Assembly: GCA_049683695.1 (NCBI GenBank)
Contig: JBAUJK010000142.1
Location: 1 to 49,013, forward strand
From: Burkholderiaceae bacterium
GTDB lineage: Bacteria > Pseudomonadota > Gammaproteobacteria > Burkholderiales > Burkholderiaceae_D
Length of the DNA: 49,013 nucleotides
Direction of reading: 5' to 3'
A program made the position numbers and the translations under genes. Below are positions 40,275-49,013 of this stretch, piece by piece. How positions within the stretch are numbered: position 1 is the first letter of the stretch; every line of letters begins with the position of its first letter. Below the pieces are notes generated by a model. It was not told the DNA's origin, searched no databases, and saw only the letters and a list, made by a program, of their open reading frames with translations.

Positions 40275-41165
40275 ATGCAAGCATTGCAGCTCGCGTTCAG
40301 CGGGATTGCGCAAGGTTGTATCTATGGCCTGATTGCACTGGGTTTCGTGCTGATCTACAAGGCCACCGAAACCGTCAACTTCGCGCAGGGCGAACTGATG
40401 ATGCTGGGCGCCTTTATCGGCCTGACCGGCACCACCGTCCTCGGCCTGCCGTTCTGGCTGTCGATCGCCGGCGCGATGCTGGCGATGTTGCTATTTGGCG
40501 CGCTGCTGGAACGTAGCCTGCTGCGCCCGCTGCTGGGACAGCCGGCGTTCACGGTGGTGATGGTGACCATCGGTTTCGGCTACCTGGCGCGCGGCGCCGT
40601 CACGATGATCCCCGGCTGGGGCACCGACACCCACTCGATGCCGGTGCCATACAAGGACCAGGTGCTGCGCTTCGCCGGCACCGGCGACCAGCCACTGGTG
40701 GCGAGCATGGAGCATGCCGCAATCATCGGCGCCACCGTGCTGCTGTGCCTGCTGCTATTCCTGTTTTTCCGCTTCACCCGACTCGGCATCGCCATGCAGG
40801 CGGCGTCGCAAAACCAGCTGGCGGCGTTCTACATGGGCATCCCGGTGCGCCGCCTGAACGCGCTGGTGTGGGGCATTAGCGCCGCCGTCGCCGCCTGCGC
40901 CGGCATCCTGCTGGCGCCGATCACCTTCGTCCATTCCAACATGGGCTTCATCGGCATGAAGGCGTTTCCGGCGGCGGTGGTCGGCGGTTTCGGCAGCATT
41001 CCGGGCGCGATCGTCGGCGGCCTGGTGATCGGGCTGGTCGAGTCCTTCGCCGGCTTCTATCTGCCCGAGGGCTTCAAGGACGTGGCTGCCTATGTGGTGG
41101 TGCTGCTGATGCTCGCGATCCGGCCGAACGGCCTGTTCGGCGAGAAATTGCGCAAGCGCGTGTAA
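40275..41165 (+). CDS. Branched-chain-amino-acid-type ABC transporter permease (LivH family)
   Basis: Start trimmed to MQALQLAFSGIAQGCIYGLIALG with a GGAGGAG RBS (296 aa). Confidence 0.9.
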   Translation: MQALQLAFSGIAQGCIYGLIALGFVLIYKATETVNFAQGELMMLGAFIGLTGTTVLGLPFWLSIAGAMLAMLLFGALLERSLLRPLLGQPAFTVVMVTIGFGYLARGAVTMIPGWGTDTHSMPVPYKDQVLRFAGTGDQPLVASMEHAAIIGATVLLCLLLFLFFRFTRLGIAMQAASQNQLAAFYMGIPVRRLNALVWGISAAVAACAGILLAPITFVHSNMGFIGMKAFPAAVVGGFGSIPGAIVGGLVIGLVESFAGFYLPEGFKDVAAYVVVLLMLAIRPNGLFGEKLRKRV

Positions 41166-41188
41166 TCCGACCGGAAAGAAGCCTGCCC

Positions 41189-42265
41189 ATGCGTTTTCTG
41201 TTCAAAACCGACTACGACCAGGACATCCGGCTGCTGAAGCACGATGGCATGCGCTTCTGGTATGGCCTCCTGGGTATCGCGCTGCTGGCGGCGCCGCTGC
41301 TGCTGCCGGAGTACTACCTGTCGCAACTGGTGTTCATCCTGATCTATTCGATCGTCGGCCTGGGCTTGATGCTGCTGTCCGGCTATACCGGACAGATCTC
41401 GATCGGGCACGCCGCCTTCCTGGCGGTCGGCGCCTATACCGAAGCCTATCTGCAAAGCCGCGGCTGGCCGTTCGTGCTGTCGCTGACGGCGGCGGCGCTG
41501 CTGTCGGCGGCGGCCGGCATCGTGGTCGGCCTGCCGGCGCTGCGCACCACGGGCATGTACCTGGCGATCGCCACGCTGGCCTTCGGCTTCATCGTCGAGG
41601 AAATCCTGGCGCGCTGGGAAAGCGTCACCGGCGGCAACTCCGGCATGCAGGTCGGGCGCATCGACCTGTTCGGCCTCGCCATCAATACCGAACAGCGCTT
41701 CTATTATCTGGCGCTGGCGATCACGGTCGGCGTCACGCTGCTGGCGCTGAACCTGCTGCGCAGCCCGACCGGAAGGGCCTTCGTCGCGGTACGCGATTCC
41801 GAGATTTCGGCGCAGAGCATGGGCATCAATCTGGCGCGCTACAAGACCATCGCCTTCGCGCTGTCGGCAGCGCTGGCCGGCATCGGCGGCGCGCTGTACG
41901 GGCACAAGATCAGCTTCATCTCGCCGGACCAGTTCACCTTCGTGCTATCGATCGAACTGCTGATGATGATCGTGATCGGCGGCATCGGCTTTTTGCACGG
42001 CGCGTTCTTCGGCGCCGCGTTCTGGATCGTCGCCCAGCAGGTGATCGTGCTGGCCAAGGACTGGCTGCCGGAGCACATCGCGCAGCAGACCGGCCTGCAG
42101 CCGACCGTGTTCGGCGTGATCCTGATCGCCTTCGTGCTGTTTGAGCCGCTCGGCCTGTACGGGCGCTGGCTGAAGATTCGCACTTACCTGGAACTGTTCC
42201 CGTTCTACCGGCGCGGCATGTTCGCGCGGCAGAAATCCTACGTGAAGTCGGAGCGCCTGAAATGA
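41189..42265 (+). CDS. ABC transporter permease (LivM family)
   Basis: 358 aa, polytopic, with a GQISIGHAAF motif. Confidence 0.9.
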   Translation: MRFLFKTDYDQDIRLLKHDGMRFWYGLLGIALLAAPLLLPEYYLSQLVFILIYSIVGLGLMLLSGYTGQISIGHAAFLAVGAYTEAYLQSRGWPFVLSLTAAALLSAAAGIVVGLPALRTTGMYLAIATLAFGFIVEEILARWESVTGGNSGMQVGRIDLFGLAINTEQRFYYLALAITVGVTLLALNLLRSPTGRAFVAVRDSEISAQSMGINLARYKTIAFALSAALAGIGGALYGHKISFISPDQFTFVLSIELLMMIVIGGIGFLHGAFFGAAFWIVAQQVIVLAKDWLPEHIAQQTGLQPTVFGVILIAFVLFEPLGLYGRWLKIRTYLELFPFYRRGMFARQKSYVKSERLK

Positions 42266-43032
42266 GTACGCCGTTGCTGCAAGCCGACCACCTGACGGTA
42301 CGCTTCGGCGGCCTGACCGCCGTCAACGACGTCAGCTTCGCCGTGCGCGAAGGTGAGATCTTCACGCTGATCGGACCCAACGGCGCCGGCAAGACTACCA
42401 CCTTCAACCTGATCAGCGGCCTGTACCGCCCCAGCAGCGGTAGCATCCGCTTCGGCGGCCAGACCATTTCCCACCTGGCGCCGGACCGCATCGCCGCGCT
42501 CGGCATCGCGCGCACCTTCCAGAACATCGAACTGTTCGAGCACGCGACCGTGCTGCAGAACCTGCTGATCGGCCGCCACACGCGGCGCCGCACCGCACTG
42601 TGGCAGGAGCTGCTGTTTACGCCGGCGACGCGCCGCGCCGAACTGGACTTCCGCGACGAAGTGGAAAAGGTGATCGACCTGCTCGACCTGCAGCATTACC
42701 GCGACAGCCTGGTGGCCGGCCTGCCCTATGGCGCGCGCAAGGTGGTCGAGCTGGCGCGCGCGCTGTGCATGCAGCCGCGGCTGCTGCTGCTGGACGAACC
42801 ATCGTCGGGCCTGAATACCGAGGAGACCGACGACATGGCATTCTGGATCGAGGACATCCGCAACCTCGGCGTCACCATCATCATGGTCGAGCACGACATG
42901 ACGCTGGTCGGCCGCGTGTCGGACCGGGTGCTGGCGCTGAACTACGGCGAGGTGCTGGCGACCGGCAGCGCCGCCGAGGTGCAGGCCGACCCGGCGGTGA
43001 TCGAAGCCTATCTCGGCGGTGCGACGGTATGA
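42262..43032 (+). CDS. ABC transporter ATP-binding protein (LivG family)
   Basis: 256 aa. Walker A GPNGAGKTT, signature-like PYGARK, Walker B LLLLDEP. Confidence 0.92.
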   Translation: MSTPLLQADHLTVRFGGLTAVNDVSFAVREGEIFTLIGPNGAGKTTTFNLISGLYRPSSGSIRFGGQTISHLAPDRIAALGIARTFQNIELFEHATVLQNLLIGRHTRRRTALWQELLFTPATRRAELDFRDEVEKVIDLLDLQHYRDSLVAGLPYGARKVVELARALCMQPRLLLLDEPSSGLNTEETDDMAFWIEDIRNLGVTIIMVEHDMTLVGRVSDRVLALNYGEVLATGSAAEVQADPAVIEAYLGGATV

Positions 43033-43802
43033 GCGAACCGATCCTGCAGTTGAACAACGTCGAAAGCAGCTATGGCCCGGTGAAGGCAATCCGCGGCGTC
43101 AGCCTGCGGGTGCAGGAAGGCAGCATCGTGACCGTGCTGGGCTCCAACGGTGCCGGCAAGTCGACCATCCTGAAAACCATTTCCGGCATCCTCGATCCGC
43201 AAAAGGGCTCGATCCTGTTCCAGGGCGAAGCGATCCAGAAGAACGATCCGGCCCGCATCGTGCGCCGCGGCATCGTGCACGTACCGGAGGGGCGCGAAGT
43301 CTTCCCGCTGCTGTCGGTGTACGACAACCTGCTGATGGGCGGCTATACCCGCAGCGACCGCGACGGCGTCGCGCGCGACATCGAAGCCGCCTACGCCTAT
43401 TTTCCGATCCTGAAGGAGCGCGCGAAGCAGGAAGCCGGCCTGTTGTCCGGCGGCCAGCAGCAGATGCTGGCGATCGCGCGCGGCCTCCTGGCGCGGCCGA
43501 AGCTGATGCTGCTCGACGAGCCGAGCCTGGGGCTGTCGCCGAAGCTGACCGGTGAGATCTTCGAGATCATCCGCCGCATCAACCGCGAGCGCGGTACCAC
43601 GATCCTGCTGGTCGAGCAGAACGCGCTGGTGGCGCTGAACTATGCCGACTACGGCTACGTGCTGGAAGTCGGCCGCATCGTGATGGAAGACACCTGCGCG
43701 GCGCTGCGCGAAAAGGAAGACATCAAGGAGTTCTACCTGGGAATGAAGGACGCCGGCGTGCGCGGCCAGCGGCGCTGGAAACGCAAGAAAAACTGGCGCT
43801 GA
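43029..43802 (+). CDS. ABC transporter ATP-binding protein (LivF family) with a basic C-terminal tail
   Basis: Start trimmed to MSEPILQLNN (257 aa). GSNGAGKST, LSGGQQQ, LMLLDEP. Tail RGQRRWKRKKNWR. Confidence 0.92.
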   Translation: MSEPILQLNNVESSYGPVKAIRGVSLRVQEGSIVTVLGSNGAGKSTILKTISGILDPQKGSILFQGEAIQKNDPARIVRRGIVHVPEGREVFPLLSVYDNLLMGGYTRSDRDGVARDIEAAYAYFPILKERAKQEAGLLSGGQQQMLAIARGLLARPKLMLLDEPSLGLSPKLTGEIFEIIRRINRERGTTILLVEQNALVALNYADYGYVLEVGRIVMEDTCAALREKEDIKEFYLGMKDAGVRGQRRWKRKKNWR

Positions 43803-43826
43803 ACAAAGGGAGGGAAAGCCGTCACC

Positions 43827-45743
43827 ATGACACCGAGCCAGCAACCCACGGGAAAGGCCGGAATCGTCGTTCCCGGCGACACCGTCGCCCGCATGTTCTG
43901 GAATGCTGCCCGCCAGCGGGCCGAGCGCGTCTGCCTGCGACAGAAGGAATTCGGCATCTGGCAAAGCGTCAGCTACGCGCGGATGGCGGCCATCGTGCGC
44001 GAGGTCGGCCAGGGCCTGATCGCCTCCGGCTTCGCCCCCGGCGAATGCGTTTCCATCCTGTCCAACACGGTGCGCGAATGGCTCTACGCCGATCTCGGCG
44101 CGCTGTGCGCCGGCGGCGTTTCTAACGGCATCTATCCGACCGACGCGGCGGCGCAGGTCGAATACCTGCTGCAGGATTCGGGGTCGGTCTACATCTTCGT
44201 CGAGGACGAGGAGCAGCTCGACAAGGTGCTGGAAGTCCGCGAACGGCTGCCGCTGTTGCGCAAGATCATCGTGTTCGACATGGAAGGCTTGCGCGAACTC
44301 GACGACGAGCAAGTGATCAGCCTGGACGCGCTGCGCGCGCTGGGTCGCGACTACGACGCCGGCGACGCGCGGCGCGACGCCGAATGGGAGCAGCGCATCG
44401 ACAGCCGGCAGCCGGCCGATCTGGCGATCCTGATCTACACTTCCGGCACCACCGGCAAGCCGAAGGGGGCGATGCTGTCGCACCACAACGTGATCTCCTC
44501 CGTACGCGGCTTCAATACGGTGCTGCCGCAGGACGAACAGGACGAGCGGATGTGCTTCCTGCCGCTGTGCCACGTTGCCGAACGGCTGGCCGGCGCCTAT
44601 TTTTCGCTGTACACCGGCTCCTGCCTGAACTTCGTCGAAAACCCGGAAACCATTCCCGAGAACGTGCGCGAGATCGCCCCGACGGTGTTCCTGGCGGTGC
44701 CGCGCATCTGGGAAAAATTCTATTCCGGCGTCACGATCGCCATCTCCGAAGGCACGCAGCTGGAAAAATTCGCCTATCGGGCGGCGCTGGCCATTGGCCA
44801 CAAGGCCGCCGCCTGGCTGGGGAAGGGCCAGTCGCCACCGCCGTTGCTGGCGGTGCAGTTCTGGCTGGCGCGACTGCTGGTGCTGAACAACGTGCGCAAG
44901 TCGATCGGCATCCACCGCTGCCGCTACCTGGCGACCGGCGCGGCGCCGATCTCGCCGGACCTGATCCGCTGGTACCTGGCGCTCGGGGTGCCGATGCTGG
45001 AAGTCTGGGGCATGACCGAATCCTCGGGCGGCGGTACCGCCACGCCGCCGTCGCTGATCAAGCCCGGCATGATCGGTCGCGCAGCGCCGTTCAACGAAGT
45101 GCGGGTGGATCCGGAAACCGGCGAAATTCTGGTGCGTGGGCCGAACGTCTTCATGGGCTACATCAACCTGCCGGAGAAGACCGCCGAGACCGTCGACGCC
45201 GACGGCTGGCTGCATACCGGCGACGTCGGCCGGATCGACGCCGACGGCTATTTCAAGATCACCGACCGGATGAAGGACATCATCATCACCGCCGGTGGCA
45301 AGAACATCACGCCGTCCGAGCTGGAGAACGAGCTGAAGTTCTCGCCCTACATCACCGACGCGGTGGTGGTCGGCGACCGCCGCCCTTACCTGACCTGCCT
45401 GATCATGATCGACCAGGACAACGTCGAGAAGTACGCGCAGGACCACGACATCCCGTTTTCCAACTACGCCAGCCTGTGCCGGGCGGCCGAGGTGCAGGCG
45501 CTGATCGGCGCCGAACTGCAGCGCGTCAACCAGAAATTCGCGCGCGTCGAGCAGATCAAGCAGTTCCGCCTGATCGAGCAGAAGCTGACCGCCGAGGACG
45601 AGGAACTGACGCCGACCATGAAGCTGAAGCGCAAGTTCGTACATCAGAAATACCACGAGCTGATCGAATCGATGTACCGGCCGGAACGGCAGCCGACACC
45701 CGCCGCCCCGGACGCGCTGGCCAGCCCGGCGGAACACGCATGA
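43827..45743 (+). CDS. Long-chain acyl-CoA synthetase (AMP-forming, ANL superfamily)
   Basis: 638 aa. AMP-binding motif IYTSGTTGKPKGAMLSH and GWLHTGD; embedded in the ABC operon. Confidence 0.9.
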   Translation: MTPSQQPTGKAGIVVPGDTVARMFWNAARQRAERVCLRQKEFGIWQSVSYARMAAIVREVGQGLIASGFAPGECVSILSNTVREWLYADLGALCAGGVSNGIYPTDAAAQVEYLLQDSGSVYIFVEDEEQLDKVLEVRERLPLLRKIIVFDMEGLRELDDEQVISLDALRALGRDYDAGDARRDAEWEQRIDSRQPADLAILIYTSGTTGKPKGAMLSHHNVISSVRGFNTVLPQDEQDERMCFLPLCHVAERLAGAYFSLYTGSCLNFVENPETIPENVREIAPTVFLAVPRIWEKFYSGVTIAISEGTQLEKFAYRAALAIGHKAAAWLGKGQSPPPLLAVQFWLARLLVLNNVRKSIGIHRCRYLATGAAPISPDLIRWYLALGVPMLEVWGMTESSGGGTATPPSLIKPGMIGRAAPFNEVRVDPETGEILVRGPNVFMGYINLPEKTAETVDADGWLHTGDVGRIDADGYFKITDRMKDIIITAGGKNITPSELENELKFSPYITDAVVVGDRRPYLTCLIMIDQDNVEKYAQDHDIPFSNYASLCRAAEVQALIGAELQRVNQKFARVEQIKQFRLIEQKLTAEDEELTPTMKLKRKFVHQKYHELIESMYRPERQPTPAAPDALASPAEHA

Positions 45744-45864
45744 GCTTCGTTCATTTTCCAATTGCTTCACCCGAGAGGAATGCTGCCCGGTTTCATCGCA
45801 TCGCCGGCGGCAAGCCGATAACAACGCGCATCGTGCTACCCGCGCGCATTCACCAGGAGGCCAT

Positions 45865-47043
45865 ATGAAACCGCTGAAACACCGCATCCTTGTCCCCGCC
45901 GTTCTGGCCGGCCTGCTGGCCGGCGCCGGCGTCGCGCATGCCCAGACCCAGGGCGTCACCAAGAATGAAATCGTGCTCGGCAGCATCCAAGATCTGTCCG
46001 GGCCGATCGCCGGTTTCGGCAAGCAGGCCAGGAACGGCCTGATCATGCGGGTCGAGGAAATCAACGAGGCCGGCGGCGTCCACGGCCGCAAGATCAAGCT
46101 GCGCGTCGAGGACAGCGGCTACGATCCGAAGAAGGGCTTGCTGGCGACGCAGAAGCTGGTCCAGCAGGACAAGATCTTCGCGATGATCGGCACCATCGGC
46201 ACCGGCGTCGTGATGGCGTCCTTCCCGACGCTGCTGGAGCGCAACGTGCCCAACCTGTTCCCGCTGACGGCGGCGCGCGAAATGTACGAGCCGCTGCACA
46301 AGCTGAAATTCTCGTTCGCGGCGCCGTACTACGACCAGGCCAGGAGCGGCGTCAAGTTCATGCAGAAGGAGCGCGGCGCAAAAAGCTTTTGCGTGATCTA
46401 CCAGGACGACGATTTCGGCCTCGAAGTACTGCGCGGCGCCGAACATGGATTGAAGGACATCGGCCTCGACTTCACCGAAAAGACCAGCTACAAGCGCGGC
46501 GCCACCGATTTCTCGTCGCAGGTAGCGAAGATGAAGACTTCCGGCTGCGACACCGTGGTAATGGGCACCATCATCCGCGAAACCATCGGCACCATTGGCA
46601 CTGCGCGCAAGCTCGGCTGGAACCCGAACTTCATCGGCACATCGGCTTCCTACACCGAGCTGATCCACAAGCTGGGCGGCAAGGCGATGGACGGCTTCTA
46701 CTCCGCCTTCCAGGTCGCGGTGCCGTACCTGGACGATCCGTCGAAGAACGTGCGTGACTGGGGTACCAAGTACAAGGCCAAGTTCAACGAGGATCCGAGC
46801 GAATTCTCGGCCTACGGCTACGCGATGATGGGCATGTTCGCGCTGGCCGCCGAGAAGGCCGGCCCCAACCTGACCGTCGATGGCCTGGTCAATGCGCTGG
46901 AAACCACCACGTTCAGCCGCGACATGTTCGGCAGCCCGGAGTACAAGTTCAGCAAGACCAACCACCTCGGCAACGACAAGTCGCGCATCGGCCAGATCCA
47001 GAACGGCAAGTGGATCGCGGTCAGCGACTACCTGAACTACTAG
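45865..47043 (+). CDS. ABC transporter periplasmic substrate-binding protein (LivK/type I PBP family)
   Basis: 392 aa. Signal peptide ..GAGVAHA/QT; AGGAGG RBS. Confidence 0.9.
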   Translation: MKPLKHRILVPAVLAGLLAGAGVAHAQTQGVTKNEIVLGSIQDLSGPIAGFGKQARNGLIMRVEEINEAGGVHGRKIKLRVEDSGYDPKKGLLATQKLVQQDKIFAMIGTIGTGVVMASFPTLLERNVPNLFPLTAAREMYEPLHKLKFSFAAPYYDQARSGVKFMQKERGAKSFCVIYQDDDFGLEVLRGAEHGLKDIGLDFTEKTSYKRGATDFSSQVAKMKTSGCDTVVMGTIIRETIGTIGTARKLGWNPNFIGTSASYTELIHKLGGKAMDGFYSAFQVAVPYLDDPSKNVRDWGTKYKAKFNEDPSEFSAYGYAMMGMFALAAEKAGPNLTVDGLVNALETTTFSRDMFGSPEYKFSKTNHLGNDKSRIGQIQNGKWIAVSDYLNY

Positions 47044-47057
47044 GACGGAGTCCACCC

Positions 47058-47091
47058 CGGCCGGCGTTCCGCCGAAGCGGCGCGCCGGCCG
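47058..47091 (+). terminator. GC-rich stem-loop after the ABC operon (probable terminator)
   Basis: CGGCCGGCG..(CCGC-CGAA-GCGG)..CGCCGGCCG followed by ACAAAACTTTT; the U-tract is weak. Confidence 0.5.
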
Positions 47092-47104
47092 ACAAAACTT
47101 TTAA

Positions 47105-47175
47105 ATACATGGAGTATGCACAAAATCTGCCCATATTTCCTGCGGCATAAGCCATATGCATAGGGAGTATATGAG
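47105..47175 (-). repeat. Two-box intergenic element, copy C
   Basis: The reverse strand reads CTCATATACTCCC..GCCGCAGG..GCATACTCCATGTAT. Plus-strand GGGAGT starts at 47163 and TGGAGT at 47110, 53 bp apart. Confidence 0.8.
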
Positions 47176-47199
47176 CTTGCGCTACCGCTGTGCCCGCCT

Positions 47200-48366
47200 T
47201 CAGTAGCCGAGCTGCCGGGCCGCCAGATCCTTCATTACTTCCTCGGCGCCGCCGCCGATCATGTTGACCTTCACTTCGCGGTAGATGCGTTCGACCCGGG
47301 TGCCGCGCATGAAACCCATGCCGCCCAGCGTCTGCACCGCGGCGTCGGCGCAGAACTGCATCGCCCCGGTGGCGCAGTTCTTCAGCATGCAGATGTGCGC
47401 CACCAGCTCCGGCCCCTGCTGCGCCGGATCGCCGAGCCGCCACGCCACGTCCTCCAGCAGTGCGCGCACCATCGCCAGCCGAGTCGCCATCTCCACCAGC
47501 TTGTGGCTGACCGCCTGGTGCTCGACCAAGCGCCGGCCGAAGGTGCGGCGCTCGCGCGCCCACGCCAGCGCATCCTCGTGACAGACCTGGGCGAAGCCCC
47601 AGGCACTGGCCGCCAGGTGGAAGCGCTCCATGTTGAAGTTGCGCATGATGGCACGAAAGCCCTGCCCTTCCTCGCCGATCAGGTTGGCGGCAGGCACGCG
47701 GCAGCCGTCGAAACGCAGGTGCGCGGTATCCGACGCCCACCAGCCCATTTTCTTCAATGGGTGCCGGGAAAAGTCGGGGGTGTCGCGCTCGACCAACAGC
47801 AGCGAAATGCCGCCGGCGCCGCGATGGTCGGGGTCAGTGCGCACCGCTACTGTGAAATAGTCGGCCCGGATGCCGGAGGTGATAAAGGTCTTTTCGCCGT
47901 CGACCACGTAGCAGTCGCCGTCGCGCCGCGCGCGAGTCTGGATCGCCGCCACGTCCGAGCCGCCGGACGGCTCGGTGATCGCCAGCGCCGAAATTTTCCG
48001 GCCGGCGATGATTTCCGGCAGCACCCGCGCCTTCATGGCCGCGCTGCCGACATGCAGGATCGGCGGCGCACCGATGCTGTGCGACATCAGCGATGCCGCC
48101 ACGCCGCCGCTGCCGGCACGCGCCAGTTCTTCCGAGACGATCAGGTGGTGAAAGGCGTCGGCGTCCGGGCTACCGCCATACTCGGCCGGAAAACCCAGCC
48201 CCAGCAGCCCGAGCGCCGCCGCGCGCTGGTACAGCTCGCGCGGAAAGCCCTCTTCCTCATCCCAGCGGTCGACGTGCGGGGCGATCTCCTGCTGCACGAA
48301 ACGCCGCAGCATGCGGCGGAAATCTTCGTGCGCCGACGTGTAGTAGATGGGATTCGGTGTCAGCAT
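47200..48366 (-). CDS. Acyl-CoA dehydrogenase
   Basis: 388 aa. Typical ACAD blocks (ALAITEPSGGSD, QTLGGMGFM, IYEG-like IGGGAEEV). Confidence 0.93.
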   Translation of the reverse strand: MLTPNPIYYTSAHEDFRRMLRRFVQQEIAPHVDRWDEEEGFPRELYQRAAALGLLGLGFPAEYGGSPDADAFHHLIVSEELARAGSGGVAASLMSHSIGAPPILHVGSAAMKARVLPEIIAGRKISALAITEPSGGSDVAAIQTRARRDGDCYVVDGEKTFITSGIRADYFTVAVRTDPDHRGAGGISLLLVERDTPDFSRHPLKKMGWWASDTAHLRFDGCRVPAANLIGEEGQGFRAIMRNFNMERFHLAASAWGFAQVCHEDALAWARERRTFGRRLVEHQAVSHKLVEMATRLAMVRALLEDVAWRLGDPAQQGPELVAHICMLKNCATGAMQFCADAAVQTLGGMGFMRGTRVERIYREVKVNMIGGGAEEVMKDLAARQLGY

Positions 48367-48396
48367 GGCGCTTTGCGAAAAGAGAGAAGAATCGTC

Positions 48397-49013
48397 TTAG
48401 CCAGTAGCAGCCGGCACGATGCGCGCCAGCACCCGGCCGGGCGCGACCTGCTCACCCTCGGCCACGTGCAGCGACTGCAGCAGGCCGGCGCAGGGCGCCG
48501 CCAGTGCGTGTTCCATCTTCATCGCTTCCAGCACGATCAGCACCTGCCCGGCTGCCACGCTCTGCCCGGCCGGCTGCAGCAGTTGGGCGACGCGGCCGTT
48601 CATCGGCGACAGCAGCACGCCGTCGGTGGCACCGGCCGCGCGTTGCTGCGGCGGCTGCAGGCCGAGGTCGCGCGCGACATGATTCGCGCCGCCGGCGCGG
48701 AAATGGATCACTTCGCCGAGCATCGCGAAGTCGAGGGTACCGGCCGCGATGCCGGTAGCCTGCAGGCGCAGGCGATGGGCCTCGACATCGTCGAACCGTA
48801 TCTCATGTTCGTCGCCATTCTCGTCGCGCAACTGCCAGCGGCCGGCGCCGAGCGATCGCGCCGAAAGCGCATGGCGCGCGCCATTCAGTTCAAGTTCCAG
48901 CGGATACTCGAGCGCGGAGCTGCTGCTCCAGCCGCGCAACTCGTCCGGATAGTGCGCCGGCACCTCGCGCATCCGGCCGCGCAGCAGCAACGCGGCCGCT
49001 GCCAGCAGCGCGC
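48397..49013 (-). CDS. Biotin-dependent acyl-CoA carboxylase alpha subunit, C-terminal part (BT domain plus biotinyl domain); the 5' end is outside the window
   Basis: Biotin attachment motif VLEAMKMEH near the C-terminus. The reading frame is open to the window edge, so the M at 48990 is internal. Confidence 0.85.
   Translation of the reverse strand, partial: ALLAAAALLLRGRMREVPAHYPDELRGWSSSSALEYPLELELNGARHALSARSLGAGRWQLRDENGDEHEIRFDDVEAHRLRLQATGIAAGTLDFAMLGEVIHFRAGGANHVARDLGLQPPQQRAAGATDGVLLSPMNGRVAQLLQPAGQSVAAGQVLIVLEAMKMEHALAAPCAGLLQSLHVAEGEQVAPGRVLARIVPAATG

Noticed and set aside
43008-46097. 1029-aa minus-strand ORF across livF, the acyl-CoA ligase and the binding-protein gene. Similar long shadow ORFs occur at 13213-15369 (718 aa), 1962-3326 (454 aa), 5907-7127, 26865-28469 and 35268-36488.
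   Set aside because: All are antisense to well-supported genes (uvrB, der, hisS/ispG, purU/bactofilin, ADH) and have no recognisable motifs. They are high-GC artefacts.
47110-47199. Mini-ORFs created by GGGAGTAT(AT)G in the reverse orientation of the two-box elements, and the forward-frame peptide MP..W..F..TP seen in copies B and C
   Set aside because: Start codons are present in only some copies (ATA, GAG or TTG occupy the same position in the others). Stops are not conserved, and sequence similarity ends at the box boundaries. The apparent peptide similarity follows from nucleotide conservation.

Overview
GC-rich chromosomal segment with betaproteobacterial gene order, probably Burkholderiales and possibly Oxalobacteraceae (inferred from synteny and protein sequences only). 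About 45 protein genes and one tRNA, almost all core housekeeping. 1-11.2 kb is a co-oriented minus-strand block: hflK(partial)-hflX-hfq-der-bamB-yfgM-hisS-ispG-rodZ-pilW-rlmN-ndk. Next come a BI-1/YccA protein, a divergent UNG-like gene, uvrB, an aminotransferase and tRNA-Asn(GTT). These are followed by an SRAP/YedK peptidase, a secreted unknown, an RCC1-repeat protein with a Tat-lipoprotein multicopper oxidase, pmbA/yjgA/mog, an esterase, an orphan P450, purU and a bactofilin. Further on are an NADPH oxidoreductase, MgtC, efp with its Arg32 rhamnosyltransferase earP, an LLM oxidoreductase, an Lrp-EamA pair and an alcohol dehydrogenase. From 36.8 kb there is an Atu/Liu-like acyl-CoA catabolic locus: TetR, split AtuA, enoyl-CoA hydratase, a LivHMGF-type ABC importer with an embedded acyl-CoA synthetase and binding protein, acyl-CoA dehydrogenase, and a partial biotin carboxylase alpha. 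I see no IS element, integrase, prophage, CRISPR array or recognisable defence gene. The most unusual signal is non-coding: five intergenic copies of a ~70-bp element with two direct ATACTCCC boxes exactly 53 bp apart and a central GCCGGGCG motif at a fixed offset. The many 400-1100-aa ORFs antisense to real genes are high-GC artefacts.
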